A DNA stretch of 64,000 nucleotides, taken from the NCBI GenBank assembly GCA_951406725.2, contig OX597817.1:166842001-166906000 (forward strand), written 5' to 3'. The stretch comes from Octopus vulgaris (lineage: Eukaryota). Under the pieces are notes generated by a model. It did no database searches, was not told the DNA's origin, and saw nothing but the letters and a program-made list of their open reading frames with translations. This document shows, one piece after another, positions 1 through 13,901 of the stretch. Position numbers and translations under genes: made by a program. The first letter of the stretch is position 1; the number at the start of each line of letters is the position of its first letter.

Positions 1-297
1 GGGATTGCACCTAGAAAGTTACCCTCCTAGACACAAGTCCGGGTGAGGTTGTTTATGGGAGACCAGCAGTCACCCATGCATACCAGCCTCCCCTCTCCAC
101 ACCACTGATGTTATCCAAGGGAAAGACAAAGGTCGATACAGCTTGGCACCAGTGACGTCGCAACTCATTTCTACAGCTGAGTGAACTGGAGCAACGTGAA
201 ATAAAGTGCCTTGCTCAAGAACACAACACGCAGCCCGGTCCGGGATTCGAGCTCACAACTTCACGATCGTAAGCTCGACGCTCTAACCACTGAGCCA
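1..297 (-). mobile_element. tRNA-derived SINE family A, 3' end cut by window edge
   Basis: Reverse complement of the 24587-24927 copy; Pol III A box TGGCTCAGTGG and B-box-like CTCGAATCCC. Confidence 0.85.
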
Positions 298-555
298 GCA
301 TGTATGTATGTATGTATGTATGCATGTATTTATGTACGTATGTATGTATATATTATGTATGTATGTATGTATGTATGTATGTATGTATGTATGTATATAT
401 TATGTATGTATGTATATATTATGTATGTATGTATGTACGTATGTATGTATGTATGTATGTATGTATGTATGTATGTATGTATGTATGTATGTATGTATGT
501 ATGTATGCATGCATGTATGTATGCATGTATGTATGTATGTATGCATGCATGTATC

Positions 556-589
<34 letters not shown>

Positions 590-729
590 TGTATGTATGT
601 ATGTATATATTATGTATGTATGTATATATTATGTATGTATGTATGTATGTATGTATGTATGTATGTATGTATGTATGTATGCATGCATGTATGTATGCAT
701 GTATGTATGTATGTATGCATGCATGTATC

Positions 730-763
<34 letters not shown>

Positions 764-878
764 TGCATGCATGTATGTATGCATGTATGCATGCATGTAT
801 GTATGCATGTTTGTATGTATGTATGTATGTATGTATGCATGTATGTATGTATGTATGTATGTATATGTATGTGTATTT
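298..878. repeat. (TATG)n microsatellite with internal higher-order duplications
   Basis: Direct reading; variant blocks such as tatatattatgt and gcatgcatgtatctat recur. Confidence 0.95.
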
Positions 879-1404
879 AAGTTTTCTAGTTAAAACTACA
901 CCACATTTTTTTTATGGCTTATATGTTAATGGCCAGAATCTTTTTTCATCTATTTAACTTAGATTCAGCCACTAATGCCCTCTATAAATATCGCTTCTAT
1001 GTTAGTTTCCGAAATATTAATAAAGTTCTATATCTACCTATTTTATAGCTTCATTATCTGTTAATTACATGCTATTAATTTCCATTATGTTAGTATCTTT
1101 ACGCATCAATCTATTCTCCTATTCACTGAACGATTCATCTACTGGATCTCAAAACAGTTATCACCTTCGGCTAAAGGAAAGAGCCTCTCAATGAGGTGAA
1201 TTGGCCAGCTAGAAATAGCAGTCGATTATTCGTCAAATCACAAATTACTATCTTACAGAAAGACAGATACGCTGAGTTAAATAATGTAGTATTAAATAAG
1301 CTATATCTGTAAAACAATAAGATTATACACTGTGTGGATGCCTTTCATTAGAGGTCTGTTCAGTTTGAGCTGATCGTCCTGAACAACGGCAGATGAGATC
1401 TATG

Positions 1405-1826
1405 TACTAACAGTGCTGGGACACTGCCTTGAAGGTTTTTTGTTGTTTTTATTTTTAGTTGACCAGATCGATCTCAGTACTTATGTTTCTGAAGTCTACT
1501 ACTTATTCTACTAGTCTCTTTTGCCGAACTGCCAATTTGCTGGGGCGTAAGCAAATCAAACAAGGTTGCCAAGTGGTGTAGGAGGAACTAACACAAGCGC
1601 ACACACACACACACATACATACACACAAGTAATGATGTGTGTGTATGTATATGTGTGTCTGTGTGCGAGTGCGAGAGAGAGAGAGAAAGAGAGTGAGAGA
1701 GCGACAGGCTTTCACATAGTCTGCATTTAGTAAAGTGTTTCAAGAAGCATTGGTCTACTAGGGGCATGAAACAATGCCCAAGGTGCGGCCCAGTGAGACC
1801 GAACCTGAAAACACGTGGTTGCAAAA
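1405..1826 (-). mobile_element. SINE family B, diverged copy
   Basis: Matches reverse complement of 50929-51334 (tctcttttgccgaac, cccaaggtgc). Confidence 0.7.
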
Positions 1827-3012
1827 CGAACTTTGTCTTCTCTCTCTCCTTCTCTCTGTCTCTCTCTTCTCTCTCTCTCTCTTTCTATCTCTCTCACTCT
1901 CTCTGTCTTTCTCTTTTTACTTCTGTTTTGTAATCTCTAATACCAATCGTCTTCTATCCATCTTTCTAAGTTTCCCTCCAAGTTATCTATCTCTTTCACA
2001 TCACGTCCGTTCCTAAGTATTTATACACCTTTAAACCTATATTTTGTAATAAACTTGCATTTGATGATTTTTACCTTTTTTTTTTTTTTACTTTCATTAT
2101 GAAAACCTGTTATTTCTTATCTTTTCATTATTAACATTCCCTCTACGTTTTTAAATCGCAAATTTCATGCTATGCAACTTTTTTTTCCCCAGTTAACCCG
2201 TGTACTGAACAATATATTTGATTTCCGTTCTTTGCAAACAGTTTGAAATCGTCAGTAAACAGAAAATGATTGATTTTATAGTGTGTGTCTTTCTCTTTCA
2301 ATACACTCTTCTGTTTCCATTCGTGGCATTACAATTAATGGCATCATGCATATCATGCATATTACTGAAAGCAAAAACAGCAAGTTATCATCCTGGAAAA
2401 TTCTTCTATCGATCTGACAACCGTCAAAATCCTTGCAAAATTTGTTTTGTTTTTGCTTTAACATCATGCATATTTCTTATCAATGTCCTTACATTTTCTA
2501 CTGCCCCTGTCATTTATATACCCTAACGTTGCTATACCCAGCAACAATGCATATTACCATAATCTATTTATAGTCCACCAATGTTATATTGCAAGGCTTG
2601 TTTGCAGGCAGCGAATTGGCAAGATCTTTAGAGTGTCGTATGTAATGGCTCTGGGTATCTGTTCTGACCCACGGTGCTCTGAGTTCAAATACAGCTATGG
2701 TCAACTTTATCTTTCCTTCTATTGGGGTTGAGTTAAAAACGTACAAGTCTAGAGCGATGGAATGGCGGATCTATAAAAATGTCTGACCGATTACCTTGCG
2801 GTATTTGTTCCTAATATTTCTGAGTTCAAATCCCACTCTGGCTTATTTCGTTGGTAGATTTAAAATGCAACCCGGTTGAATACCACCACTTGGAACTTCA
2901 GACAGTTTTACGGAAATCCATTTTGCTTGAATGGGCTTAAGTTTCCCGTTTGAAGATGCCTTTCTCTCTCTCCATTCTAATAGTCCCAGAGAAACTATAA
3001 AAAGGTAATTAC

Positions 3013-3436
3013 AGAATGACCCGCCTCCCGCAAAAATCATCTCTGAAAGTTTCATCCGAATCAATCCAGCGGTTCTTGAGATATCTTGTCCACAGACAAA
3101 CAAACAAATGCGACTGAAAACAATACTTCCGCCTTCGCTCAGGTGGAGGTAATAAACTCGACTGCTCTCACAAACGAGAATACTAAAAATGAACCCGACC
3201 GCTCTCAAAAATTAAGTAAAAAAAAAAAAAAAAAACAGGAAAAAGAATCCAGAATCCTCGTCCGGTACCGGATCGATCCCAAAATCTAATCAATTCGTGC
3301 CAGTCAGGAGGCCAAACATTTCTGAAAGTTTCATCCGAATCTATCCAGCGGTTTTTGATATATCTTGTCTACGGACAAATAAAGAAACAAATACGACTAA
3401 AAACAATACCTCTGCCTCCGCTAAGGCGGAGGTAAT
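3013..3436 (+). mobile_element. Two tandem 3' ends of a Helentron-associated (HINE-like) element
   Basis: Duplicated tctgaaagtttcatccgaat...acctccgcc...ggcggaggtaat with a subterminal palindrome (copies end near 3153 and 3436). Confidence 0.6.
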
Positions 3437-3519
3437 AGTAGTAAGTCATGGTTAATGCAGGGATGACATAACAAGACAGGACATTGTCATTCAAAATATT
3501 GGGCTTCTGAAGGAATGTC

Positions 3520-4010
3520 AGTCGCCAGTTTCATCCTTAGCAACATCATCATTAGCGTCACTATCGTCGCCATCATCATGATCGTCATCGTTGTCGTCGT
3601 CATCATCATCATCACCGCCATCACCATTACTGTCACCTCCAACATCATCACAATCGCCATCACTAGCATCATATTACCTTCAGCAAAAACGCATTGGCAT
3701 CAGAATTATGATCACCTTCGCAGTGGTCATGACCATCACCAACCACCACCACCACCACCAACACAACAACAACAACAACAACGATTAGCACCACCAGCAC
3801 CACCACCATCATCATCATCATTATTATCACATCGGCGTTGTTGTCGCTGTCGACGTCGACGTTGTCATCGTCCTCGTTTTCGTCGCCACCACCACAACCA
3901 CCACAACCACCAGCATATTCCTTATCACCATCACAACCGGCATTATCATAATCATCATCACCATCATCATCATCACCATCATCATCATCACCATCATCAT
4001 CACCATCATC

Positions 4011-4062
<52 letters not shown>

Positions 4063-4075
4063 CCATCATCATCAT

Positions 4076-4131
<56 letters not shown>

Positions 4132-4190
4132 CCACCATCATCATCATCATCGTCGTCGTCATCATCATCGTCGTCGTCACCAACATCATC

Positions 4191-4222
<32 letters not shown>

Positions 4223-4373
4223 CATCATCACCACCACCATCATCATCATCGTCGTCGTCGTCATCATCATCGTCGTCGTCACCATCATCATCATCATCAT
4301 CGTCATCATCATCATCATCATCGTCGTCATCATCATCATCATCATCATCATCATCGTTAATATCATCATCATC

Positions 4374-4405
<32 letters not shown>

Positions 4406-4466
4406 CATCATCGTCGTCGTCATCATCGTTAATATCATCATCATCATCATCATCATCATCGTTAAT

Positions 4467-4497
<31 letters not shown>

Positions 4498-4562
4498 CCA
4501 TCATCACCACCACCATCATCATCGTCGTCGTCATCATCGTCATCATCGTCATCATCGTCATC
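3520..4562. repeat. (CAT)n/(CAC)n/(CGT)n compound trinucleotide microsatellite
   Basis: Direct reading. Confidence 0.95.
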
Positions 4563-4829
4563 ACGCAAAGTGTATTGCATGATAACTTCATCAGCCAATA
4601 CAACTCTCGTTTCATGTGTCCACATGCAGCATTGTCTTCTTCCCCCCACCCACCCAACCATCATCGCCCTACCAACTCCGATATCGATCGCCAATCACAC
4701 ACCCCTAGCCCCCCTCCACTCCACTACATCCCACATTACCACTGACACTTTTCTGTCATTTTATCAATGACATGCGATGGAAAGAGAAAAGCCGTTCGTG
4801 TTTGCTGTCTCTGTTGGTTGCAGACAGCG

Positions 4830-5652
4830 TATACATACATACACACATACATACACACATACATTCATACATACATACATACATATATACATACATACAT
4901 ACACACATACATACATACATACATACACACATACATACATACATACATACACACATACATACATACATTCATTCATACATACATGCATACATACATACAT
5001 ACATACATACATACATACATACATACACACATACATACATACATACATACATACACACATACATACATACATTCATTCATACATACATGCATACATACAT
5101 ACATACATACATACATACACACATACATTCATTCATACATACATACATACATACATACATACATACATACATACACACATACATACATACATACATACAC
5201 ACATACATACATACATTCATTCATACATACATGCATACATACATACATACATACATACATACATACATACATACATACATACACACATACATACATACAC
5301 ACATACATACATACATACATACATACACACATACATACATACACACATACATACATACATACATACATACATACACACATACATACATACACACATACAT
5401 ACATACATACATACATACATACATACATACATACATGCATACATATACATGCACACACATGAGTTGATGTATACAAGTGCACTTGACTGTGTGTGTGTGT
5501 GTGTATGTGTGTATCTGTATGTATGTGTGTGTACGTGCGTGCGTGTCTGTGTGTTTATGCATGTGTGTGTATATATTTGTGTATGTGTGTAAGCGTGTGT
5601 GTCTCTGTGTGTGTATGTATATATATATATATACATACATATATATATATAT

Positions 5653-5702
<50 letters not shown>
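4830..5702. repeat. (CATA)n, (TG)n and (TA)n microsatellite block
   Basis: Direct reading. Confidence 0.95.
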
Positions 5703-5704
<2 letters not shown>

Positions 5705-5705
<1 letters not shown>

Positions 5706-5975
5706 AGATAGGGGTACGTTACGCCGCAATAATATATGTATAGAAATTAAATATAAAATAAAAATTACAAAGTGGGACAAGAATGCAAAAACACAGAAAG
5801 AGACGACACAAAAAACAGACGGGTCACTCGAAGCCTCTAATCTTCAATCGGAACCGGATCATCTTAGCAATTTCGGCTGTTTAATCTCGATATCACTCCG
5901 AACCGGCCAGCCCCAAGGAAAAACTAAGCCACAGGCATTAGATTTCTTGGAAAGAGGATCGAATGTATACGAAAC
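5705..5975 (-). mobile_element. Short non-coding dispersed repeat beside (TA)n (Penelope pLTR-like family; relatives at 37770-37920 and 48770-49090)
   Basis: Shared blocks tgggacaagaa, gcaatttcggct and gccagccccaaggaaaaactaagc. Confidence 0.55.
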
Positions 5976-6023
5976 AAAGACATACATACATGCATATATA
6001 TATATATACATATATATATATGC

Positions 6024-6093
<70 letters not shown>

Positions 6094-6133
6094 TATATAT
6101 GCATACATATATATACATATATATATACATACA

Positions 6134-6169
<36 letters not shown>

Positions 6170-6172
<3 letters not shown>

Positions 6173-6688
6173 TAGCAGTATCGCCCGGCGTTGCTCGGTT
6201 TTGTAAGGGAAATAACTATATAAGCATTTTTAGAGAGTTACTTCCCTTATAAATTCGGGCTTTCTTAGCCATTTTTGTTTTGGTGTCTTCAAGCCATGAA
6301 GTCGTTGTTCTAAAAGAACGCTGGTTTCCTTCACAACGCATTACGACGTTGATTTCTTTACACTCCCTTCCCCACAGCTTCACGAGGGAGGGAAGGGGGA
6401 GAAGCAAACAGGTGCAGCTGTGAGCGTGGACGCCAACTCCGCCGCCATCGACATACGATGCATTTTATGCATTAAAATGGAATAAAAAATGATGTTAAAT
6501 TATTTTTAAAATCGTAGACTCATCGTTGACGCGCGCTAATAGTCAGACGGGCTCGATATGAATCACGACTATAAGATACCCGAATTTGGTTAAACTGCAC
6601 CGCAAAATGTGGGAGGAGTTAGGAATCTAAATCGAAGGGGACAGACACTCACACAACTAGAGTTTTATATATATAGATATATATAGAT
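6170..6688 (+). mobile_element. Non-autonomous Helitron/Helentron-like element inserted in (TA)n
   Basis: 5' tactagcagtatcgcccggcgttgc is shared with the 9801 copy; 3' gacagacac...ttttatatatatagat resembles Lep1/DINE-type ends. Confidence 0.6.
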
Positions 6689-6764
6689 GAAAGTTATAAT
6701 AAATTAAAATAATTTATTACCAGTGGTTAGCACATGCATAAGTGAAAGACATAAGACATAACAT

Positions 6765-7020
6765 ATTTTTAAAAATATAAGTGTGTGTAAACTATTTTTC
6801 ATACACAAAGAAGAGACCATTGACAGGATTCCTTACATGCTAAGAAGTTCGGGATAAACTAATTAATTTTTTGTTCGTTCTAGTCTTATAACGGTGCGCC
6901 TAATGAATTCTTTTTGCCGTGGTTTGAGTTTTAAATAGCCTATTTACCATGTAAGGAGTCCTGTCAATGATCTCTTATTTGTGTATAATAATAGTTTATA
7001 CACTTATATTTAAATATGTA
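6765..7020. repeat. Imperfect inverted repeat (arms ~6765-6840 and ~6949-7020)
   Basis: cattgacaggattccttacatg versus catgtaaggagtcctgtcaatg. Confidence 0.8.
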
Positions 7021-7037
7021 AATATGTGTGTGTGCGA

Positions 7038-7068
<31 letters not shown>

Positions 7069-7246
7069 TTCGTATGTATGTATGTATGTATGTATGTATG
7101 TATGTATGTATGTATGTATGTAGCCCGGCGGAGTGGGTTGCTTTAAGGAGCCTTTGAACCTTTAAGACGCATGGGGCCGAATCAAACTGTTTTAAATAAC
7201 AACAGCAAAATCATTAACAACAACAACAACAACAACAACAATAATG

Positions 7247-7304
<58 letters not shown>

Positions 7305-7307
<3 letters not shown>

Positions 7308-7517
7308 CCCCTTCTGCTAAAGGCACAAGGCCTGAAATTTGGGCGGACGGGACTGGTCGATTACATCGACCTTGGTGTTTCACTGGTACTTAATTTATCG
7401 ATCCCGAAAGAATGGAAAGCGTAGTCGTTCTCGGCGGAATTTGAACTCAGAACGTAACGAGGGGCCAAGTAGCGCTAACGTCCAGCGTGCTAACAATTCC
7501 TCAAGCTCGCCGCCTTA
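7305..7517 (-). mobile_element. SINE family C with (TTA)n tail
   Basis: cggcggaatttgaactcagaacgtaa (B box GTTCAAATTCC on minus strand). Confidence 0.85.
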
Positions 7518-7592
7518 ATAACCATAATAATGATGATGATGTTGATATGTATATATATGTATATATGATGATGTTGATATGTATATATATAT

Positions 7593-7825
7593 AAGACGGT
7601 GACCTGGCATAAACGTTAACAGGCCGGTCCAAATGCCCAGCGGTATTTCATCTGCCGTTACGTTGTGAGTTCAAATTCCGTCGAGGTCGACTTTGCCTTT
7701 CATCCTTTTGGGGTCGATAACTTAAGTACCAGTTACGCACTGGGGTCGATGTAATCGACTTAATACCTATGTCTGTCCTTGTTTGTCCCCTCTGTGTTTA
7801 GCCCCTTGTGGGTAATAAAGAAATA
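7593..7825 (+). mobile_element. SINE family C, near full length
   Basis: gagttcaaattccgtcgaggtcgactttgcctttcatcc...gggtaataaagaaata; matches 59209-59443. Confidence 0.85.
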
Positions 7826-8376
7826 GATATGTATATATATCTGTGTTTATATATATGTACAATATATACATAAATATATAACCATATATATGGATGTAGA
7901 TATCCATACACACACACATATATTCACACACACACACACACAAACACACATATAACATGTGTATGTGTGCGTGTATGCGTGCGTGTGTTTACGTGTGATT
8001 AAAAAAGAAATGTTCATTTAAATGAAGATGCTGTTCCTTTACTCACATTTGGCGAATATAGTTTTGGCCAGGATGATTTGATGTAGGCGAAATTAGCCAA
8101 GTAACTGCACGTCTTCAAAAATAAATTTACATTTTAAACTTAAGAAAATTCTTGCAGATTTTTATTGTTCCACTCATAGATTGTATTTGTAATGTGCTAT
8201 TAGCTGGTTGATTTCTTTTCCTGAAAAATCATAGTTTATCTAGATTGTCACTTAAGCTTTTGCTCACAAAACCGAGTTCACCAATTATTACTGGTATGAA
8301 TGTGAATATGCAATCTAGACATAGAAGCTGGTTTCAATGCAGTTTTTCCTTAGTTATACTTTTTTATGTATGTATC

Positions 8377-8410
<34 letters not shown>

Positions 8411-8778
8411 TGTATGTATGTATGTATGTATGTAGGTAGGTAGGTAGGTAGGTAGGTAGGTAGGTAGGTAGGTAGGTATTATGTATGTATGCATGTATGT
8501 ATGTATGTATGTGTGTGTGTGTCTGTACGCAAGCATGTAAGCAATATATGTATAGACGCGCCTTACCTGATGTTGAACGAATGAGACAGAAGTGCTCAAT
8601 ACATGATGTAGAAGATATGGGTTTTTTTATTGAAACAGAAACTCGGGTGTGATACAAATTACCAAGTATAGTTTCAATAAAATGTCTGTGTATATATACA
8701 CACACGCACAAATATATATTATATTAAATGATATATATATGAAACATTTATATAATACATATATATTTTATGTCCCCC

Positions 8779-8934
<156 letters not shown>

Positions 8935-9010
8935 AACGTATATATATGTGGCGGGGGTACCTACACGCTCTATATACAGAATTATCATTTCAGAACTGTA
9001 ATATAATCAA

Positions 9011-9199
9011 GTGAAATTACCACCAGTCGATTTCAGCCAAGGTCAAACGTCCCCAAAATTAGACCCTGCAATCCTCAATTTTATTCGGCAATTTTGTTTG
9101 GCTAGAGATTTTTTGGCAAAATATCTGATGCTGGCAGCACCTAGTTTGTTAATTTTGGTTAAGTATGACCTTGGATAAAAATCGCTGGGTAATTTTGCA
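9011..9199. mobile_element. MITE-like element with ~50-bp imperfect TIRs
   Basis: gtgaaattaccaccagtcgatttcagccaaggtca versus tgaccttggataaaaatcgctgggtaattttgc. Confidence 0.55.
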
Positions 9200-9434
9200 T
9201 AGACGTATTGTGGTTTCAAATTGATAATTCTATATTCAGGTTTTAGCCATCGTATTATTTATTTCGCGGATGTTTTCTTCTGAATTATGAACCCTACGTA
9301 TGCAATTACATACGTGAAAGTGTGAGTGTGTATGTATATATATATATGCATATACATATACATACAATGATATCATAATAGTAATTATTATATTTATTAT
9401 CCTACTATTATTATTATCATTATTATTATTATTA

Positions 9435-9490
<56 letters not shown>

Positions 9491-9540
9491 GTTGTTGTTG
9501 GTGTTATTAATATTATCATTATTATTATTATATTTATTGT

Positions 9541-9698
9541 GGAGGCGCGTGGCTTAGTGGTTAGGGTTTCAGCATCGTGATCGTAAGATTGTGGTTTCGA
9601 TTCCTGGACCAGGCGACGCGTTGCGTTCTTGAGCAAAACACTTCATTTCACGTTGCTCCAGTCCACTCAGATGGCGTCCCGTCCAACTGGGGAACACA
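9541..9698 (+). mobile_element. SINE, family A-like head and core with an alternative tail
   Basis: tggcttagtggttag, gtttcgattcc, ttgagcaaaacacttcatttcacgttgctccag, then atggcgtcccgtcca. Confidence 0.75.
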
Positions 9699-9763
9699 TA
9701 TATATATATATATATATACGAATATATATGTATATACACACACGCAATCAAACACACACACAT

Positions 9764-9800
<37 letters not shown>

Positions 9801-9803
<3 letters not shown>

Positions 9804-10923
9804 TAGCAGCATAGCCCGGCGTTGCCCGGGTATGTAAGAGCCCCTAGTAGGCAACGATTAATCCCAATCTAGTCCTTTCCCTCTAGGGAACGAAGGCGCA
9901 TGTGTAGGTTGCAATGTCTTCTCTTCACTCCCAAATAACTATCAAACAGCTATCGATAATTCAACCCAACCAATTCCTACCAGGAAGAAATTACATTCGA
10001 GACTTTACCCCCAACACCGCCACTTCTGCTAATAGCTGCTGCAGCCGCAAGTTATTCGAATACTTTTTTTGTTTAAACTTTCTTTATAACTACCACCCCA
10101 AAAGTTTTACTTTAAATTTTTGACGTACCCTAAGGGTCCTCCGACGCTACTTGCAAAATCTTGGTTTATTATAAACCGCTTTTGTCGTGTGCACCAAAAA
10201 ACCTTTCCATTCGTTTGTTCAGTTTGGTCACTTTTGACTTTTTCGTTGTTGTCACTCACATTGCTGCCCGCTTTTTTGCCGTTTTCGTACACTTTTATAC
10301 ATTTTGGAATACTTACCCCACGTGTTCCGAGAGTTAAAAAGTCGAGTTGCGTCCCCTAGACAGTCTGTGGTTTGTGTTTAATACACAAATCGGTTTGCTA
10401 TGTGTGCCACATATGATTTAATTAACCGACTTTTTCCAGTAATAAAGTATCCTATTGCAATAAAAAGGGCCATATAGCTCCCTGGAGCAGACATGATGCT
10501 CGCTGTGAATTTTTAAAAAATTCCTGTCAATTTGTGAAAGATATTGTCGAAAATATGTCATCTTGAATTCGAACGCGATTTCCCAAAATGGCATGATTTT
10601 ATCGATTTTTTCTGATGGTAAGATATTGCATGGAAAACTAACGTCAGAATTAAGTTTCTTAGGGAAACATTAAGCTTCACCATGAGTTTGGTGAAAATCG
10701 ATTGCAAGTTGCGAAAACTACAACAGAAAATGTGTTGCATTTAAAAAGCTTAAATTCTCGACCCCATGTCAAATTTTCTCTGAACTGGGAGAACTCTTCA
10801 AAATTTCCGCTGCGTTAGTTTTTAATTATGACATTGGGCTATGTGTGTGTCAAGTTGAGGGTACAACCTGACAGACACACAGACACACAGACAGACAAAC
10901 TGCCGTTTATATAGAGAGAGATA
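9801..10923 (+). mobile_element. Non-autonomous Helitron/Helentron-like element
   Basis: 5' tactagcagcatagcccggcgttgcccggg hairpin; 3' (gaca)n...gtttatatagagagagat; same termini as 6170-6688 but a different interior. Confidence 0.6.
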
Positions 10924-11242
10924 TACGCACGCACACGGAGATGACAGACAGACAGACGCATACACAGACAGACAGACAGATAGATAGATAGATATTTTTT
11001 AAATATGTGAAGATACATAAACTTACGTACATACAATTACACATACACATGCACATATATATTTGTTTGGGTCTGTTTGTGTGACTACATGTGTTCACAT
11101 GTTCTTTGCTACAAACAGTGATGGCAAGCATGGAACTGCTTCTGTGTGTACATTTGGTGAAATGAATAAAATGGCAAAAGTCATCGAGAATATGCATTCA
11201 AAGATAAAAATGCATATACCTATACACACAGGTGTGAGTGTG

Positions 11243-11278
<36 letters not shown>

Positions 11279-11282
<4 letters not shown>

Positions 11283-11491
11283 CGTGACCGAGCAGGCTAT
11301 CAGAAGGAAGAATGAGAGAAAGTTGTGGCGAAAGAGTACGGCAGGGATCGCCACCACCCCCTTCCGGAGCCTCGTGGAGCTTTAGATGTTTTCGCTCAAT
11401 AAACACTCACAAGGCCCGGTTTGGGAATGGAAACCGTGATCCTACAACCGCGAGTCGAGTCCGCTGCCCTAACCCCTGGGCCATTGCGCTT

Positions 11492-11495
<4 letters not shown>
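11279..11495 (-). mobile_element. SINE family D, internally deleted
   Basis: Reverse complement of ggaagcgcaatggcccaggggttagggcagcggactc. Confidence 0.8.
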
Positions 11496-11539
<44 letters not shown>

Positions 11540-11614
11540 AAATGTGACCTCGTGTGTACCGTTGGCGATTTTTTTTCCTCTGTCTTCTCTTCTCTGGATC
11601 TTTCCTTCTTCTAT

Positions 11615-11649
11615 GTTTCCGACGAAGAGCTCCGCTCGAAACGTTAAAC
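11615..11649 (+). ncRNA. Minimal type-I hammerhead ribozyme candidate (core variant CCGACGA)
   Basis: gttt-ccgacga-a-gagc tcc gctc-gaaa-cg-tt-aaac; lies inside a short repeat (11535-11750) related to 24290-24470. Confidence 0.55.
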
Positions 11650-11745
11650 CCTCCTTCTTTCCTTCTTTCCTGAGCGTCCAATAATACTATATTTGTTCCA
11701 CGTCCTCACGTTGTTGTGTTTTTTTTGTTTTTCTTGTTTGGATTA

Positions 11746-11810
<65 letters not shown>

Positions 11811-11925
11811 GTATATATATGGTTAGCCCCAAAAGTAACCTGACAATAAATTAAAATTCCATAAATACGATCTGTAATTCTGTAATGACTCGAACGGAAA
11901 AATGTGTCGCACAAGGACTTCAGTC

Positions 11926-12298
11926 GCTTTTACTCTTTTACTTGTTTCAGTCATTTGACTGTGGCCATGCTGAAGCTCCGCCTTTAGTCGAGCAAATTGA
12001 CCCCTGGACTTATTCTTTGTAAGCCTATTTAATCGGTCTCTTTTGCCGAACCGCTAAGTTAAGGGGACGTAAACACACCAGCATCGGTTGCCAAGCGATG
12101 TTGCGGGGACAAACACAGACACAAACATATACACACACTTACACACACATATATATATATACATATATACGACGGGCTTCTTTCAGTTTCCGTCTACCAA
12201 ATCCACTCACAAGGCTTTAGTTGGCCCCGAGGCTATAGTAGAAGACACTTGCCCAAGTTGCCACGCAGTGGGGCTGAACCCGGAGCCATGTGGTTCGA
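11926..12298 (-). mobile_element. SINE family B
   Basis: High similarity to the reverse complement of 50929-51334. Confidence 0.9.
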
Positions 12299-12630
12299 AT
12301 ACTTTTCACGATGTTTCATATTTAGATGCTTTTATTTAATTCATTCAGTTGTTAAACATAAATAAATTTTGGAATTAAATGGTTTTGAGTTACTGTCAAG
12401 TGACTTTGAGCCAACCCTGTATATACACACATATACACTCACATATTTACACATATATACACGTGTGTATACGTGTGTGCGTGTTAAATATACATAACAG
12501 GAAAACAGATGAGCTAATTCACTCGTTTTATTCATTATTTATTATTAATATATAACTCTTCACGTTGCCTTTGCGTTTATATGCATCAGGAGAGCCTTGG
12601 ATGTTTTCAGTGGCCATTATATAGCAGACA

Positions 12631-12850
12631 AAGACGGCGAACTGGCAAAATCGTTACTGCGCCGGGCAAAATGCTAAGCGGCATTTCGTCTGTCCTTACT
12701 TTCGGATTTCAAATTCTGCTGGAGTTGACTTTTTCTTGCATCTTTTTGGGGTCGATGAAATAAGTACCAGCTGAGTATTGGGGTCGATGCAATCGACTTA
12801 ACACCTCTCCCCGAAATCTCTGGCCTAGTGCCAAAATTTGAAATCATTAT
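12631..12850 (+). mobile_element. SINE family C with alternative tail (gtgccaaaatttgaaa)
   Basis: aagacggcgaactggcaaaatcgtta...ggggtcgatgcaatcgac. Confidence 0.8.
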
Positions 12851-13716
12851 AAAGTAAACGTATATTGACTTTTATGTATATATGTGTGAGTGTGAGCTAC
12901 AAGTGGGTATTTTTGTAAGTAAAATTACATTTAATTCATTAATAGCGAAACAATTGTCCCAAAATAATCTGTATTTTTGTTATTTTTTATTTGCCCTGTT
13001 CGTGTGAGCTAACAATCGTACTGACTTTCATGGGAAACATGTATTTTTGTGGTTGAAACCTTTTGGATTTGCTGCGAGTGCTAGAATGAGCCACATAGTG
13101 ACCATTCTCTTATATTTATTATTATTATATTATATATATATATATATACTTGTATTTATATGTATATAAATAGTGCATCTGGAAAGCGAGATAATGATAG
13201 TAGTGACGAGGTGTCAGGGCGTACATAAGAGTACATGACAGTAGGAAAATGTGGGGACAGAATACAAGAGTTTGCAAGACTGTGGGGTGAATGAGAAATA
13301 GTTTAATATGAGAATACGAATGAATTAGCGAACGGTGAACAATTGTGGAGAGATGTTTGAATGAAAAACACTATAATGTGAAGTGAGCAATATTTCGAGT
13401 TAAAAATCCTTTATCAAGAAAAACTGGAAATTATAATTAGCTCCGATCCAAACCAGTATTGCATGGTAAAAGAGTGGGATTCGCGATATGTGCAGATTAG
13501 TAATGTTAAATAGGATAATTAGGTTTTTAATTTTTGTAATAAAATAACGTCTTAAATTTTTGTAATAAAATAACGTTTTTAGTTTCTCAAATTTCCTGTA
13601 ATCTGCTACCTGGCTTTGGTCATGATATACTGGTTACGGCATTTTAAAAATGTTTTTTTTAATGAAACGAGGCTTATGTCAACCAGCTCCTTTAATGACT
13701 GTGTAGTCTGTGTACT

Positions 13717-13901
13717 GTGAAAGCGCATGGCTCAGTGGTTAGAGCGTCGAGCTTACGATCGTGACCGGGCTGCGTGTTATGTTCTTGAGCAAGACATTTT
13801 ATTTCACGTTGCTCCAGTCCACTCAGCTGTGGAAATGAGTTGCGACATCACTAGTGCCAAGCTGCATCGGCCTTTGCCTTTTCCTTGGATAACATCAGTG
13901 G
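13717..13901 (+). mobile_element. SINE family A, B box deleted and 3' truncated
   Basis: gcgcatggctcagtggttagagcgtcgagcttacgatcgtga. Confidence 0.85.

Noticed and set aside
1207-1220. AGCTAGAAATAGCA matches the SpCas9 sgRNA scaffold
   Set aside because: Only 14 nt, the flanks do not continue the scaffold, and it is the reverse complement of a recurrent endogenous motif; no CRISPR array or cas gene present
211-6206. MYVC, HTYI, poly-H, poly-D and YI ORFs (and similar ORFs throughout the window)
   Set aside because: Translations of simple repeats
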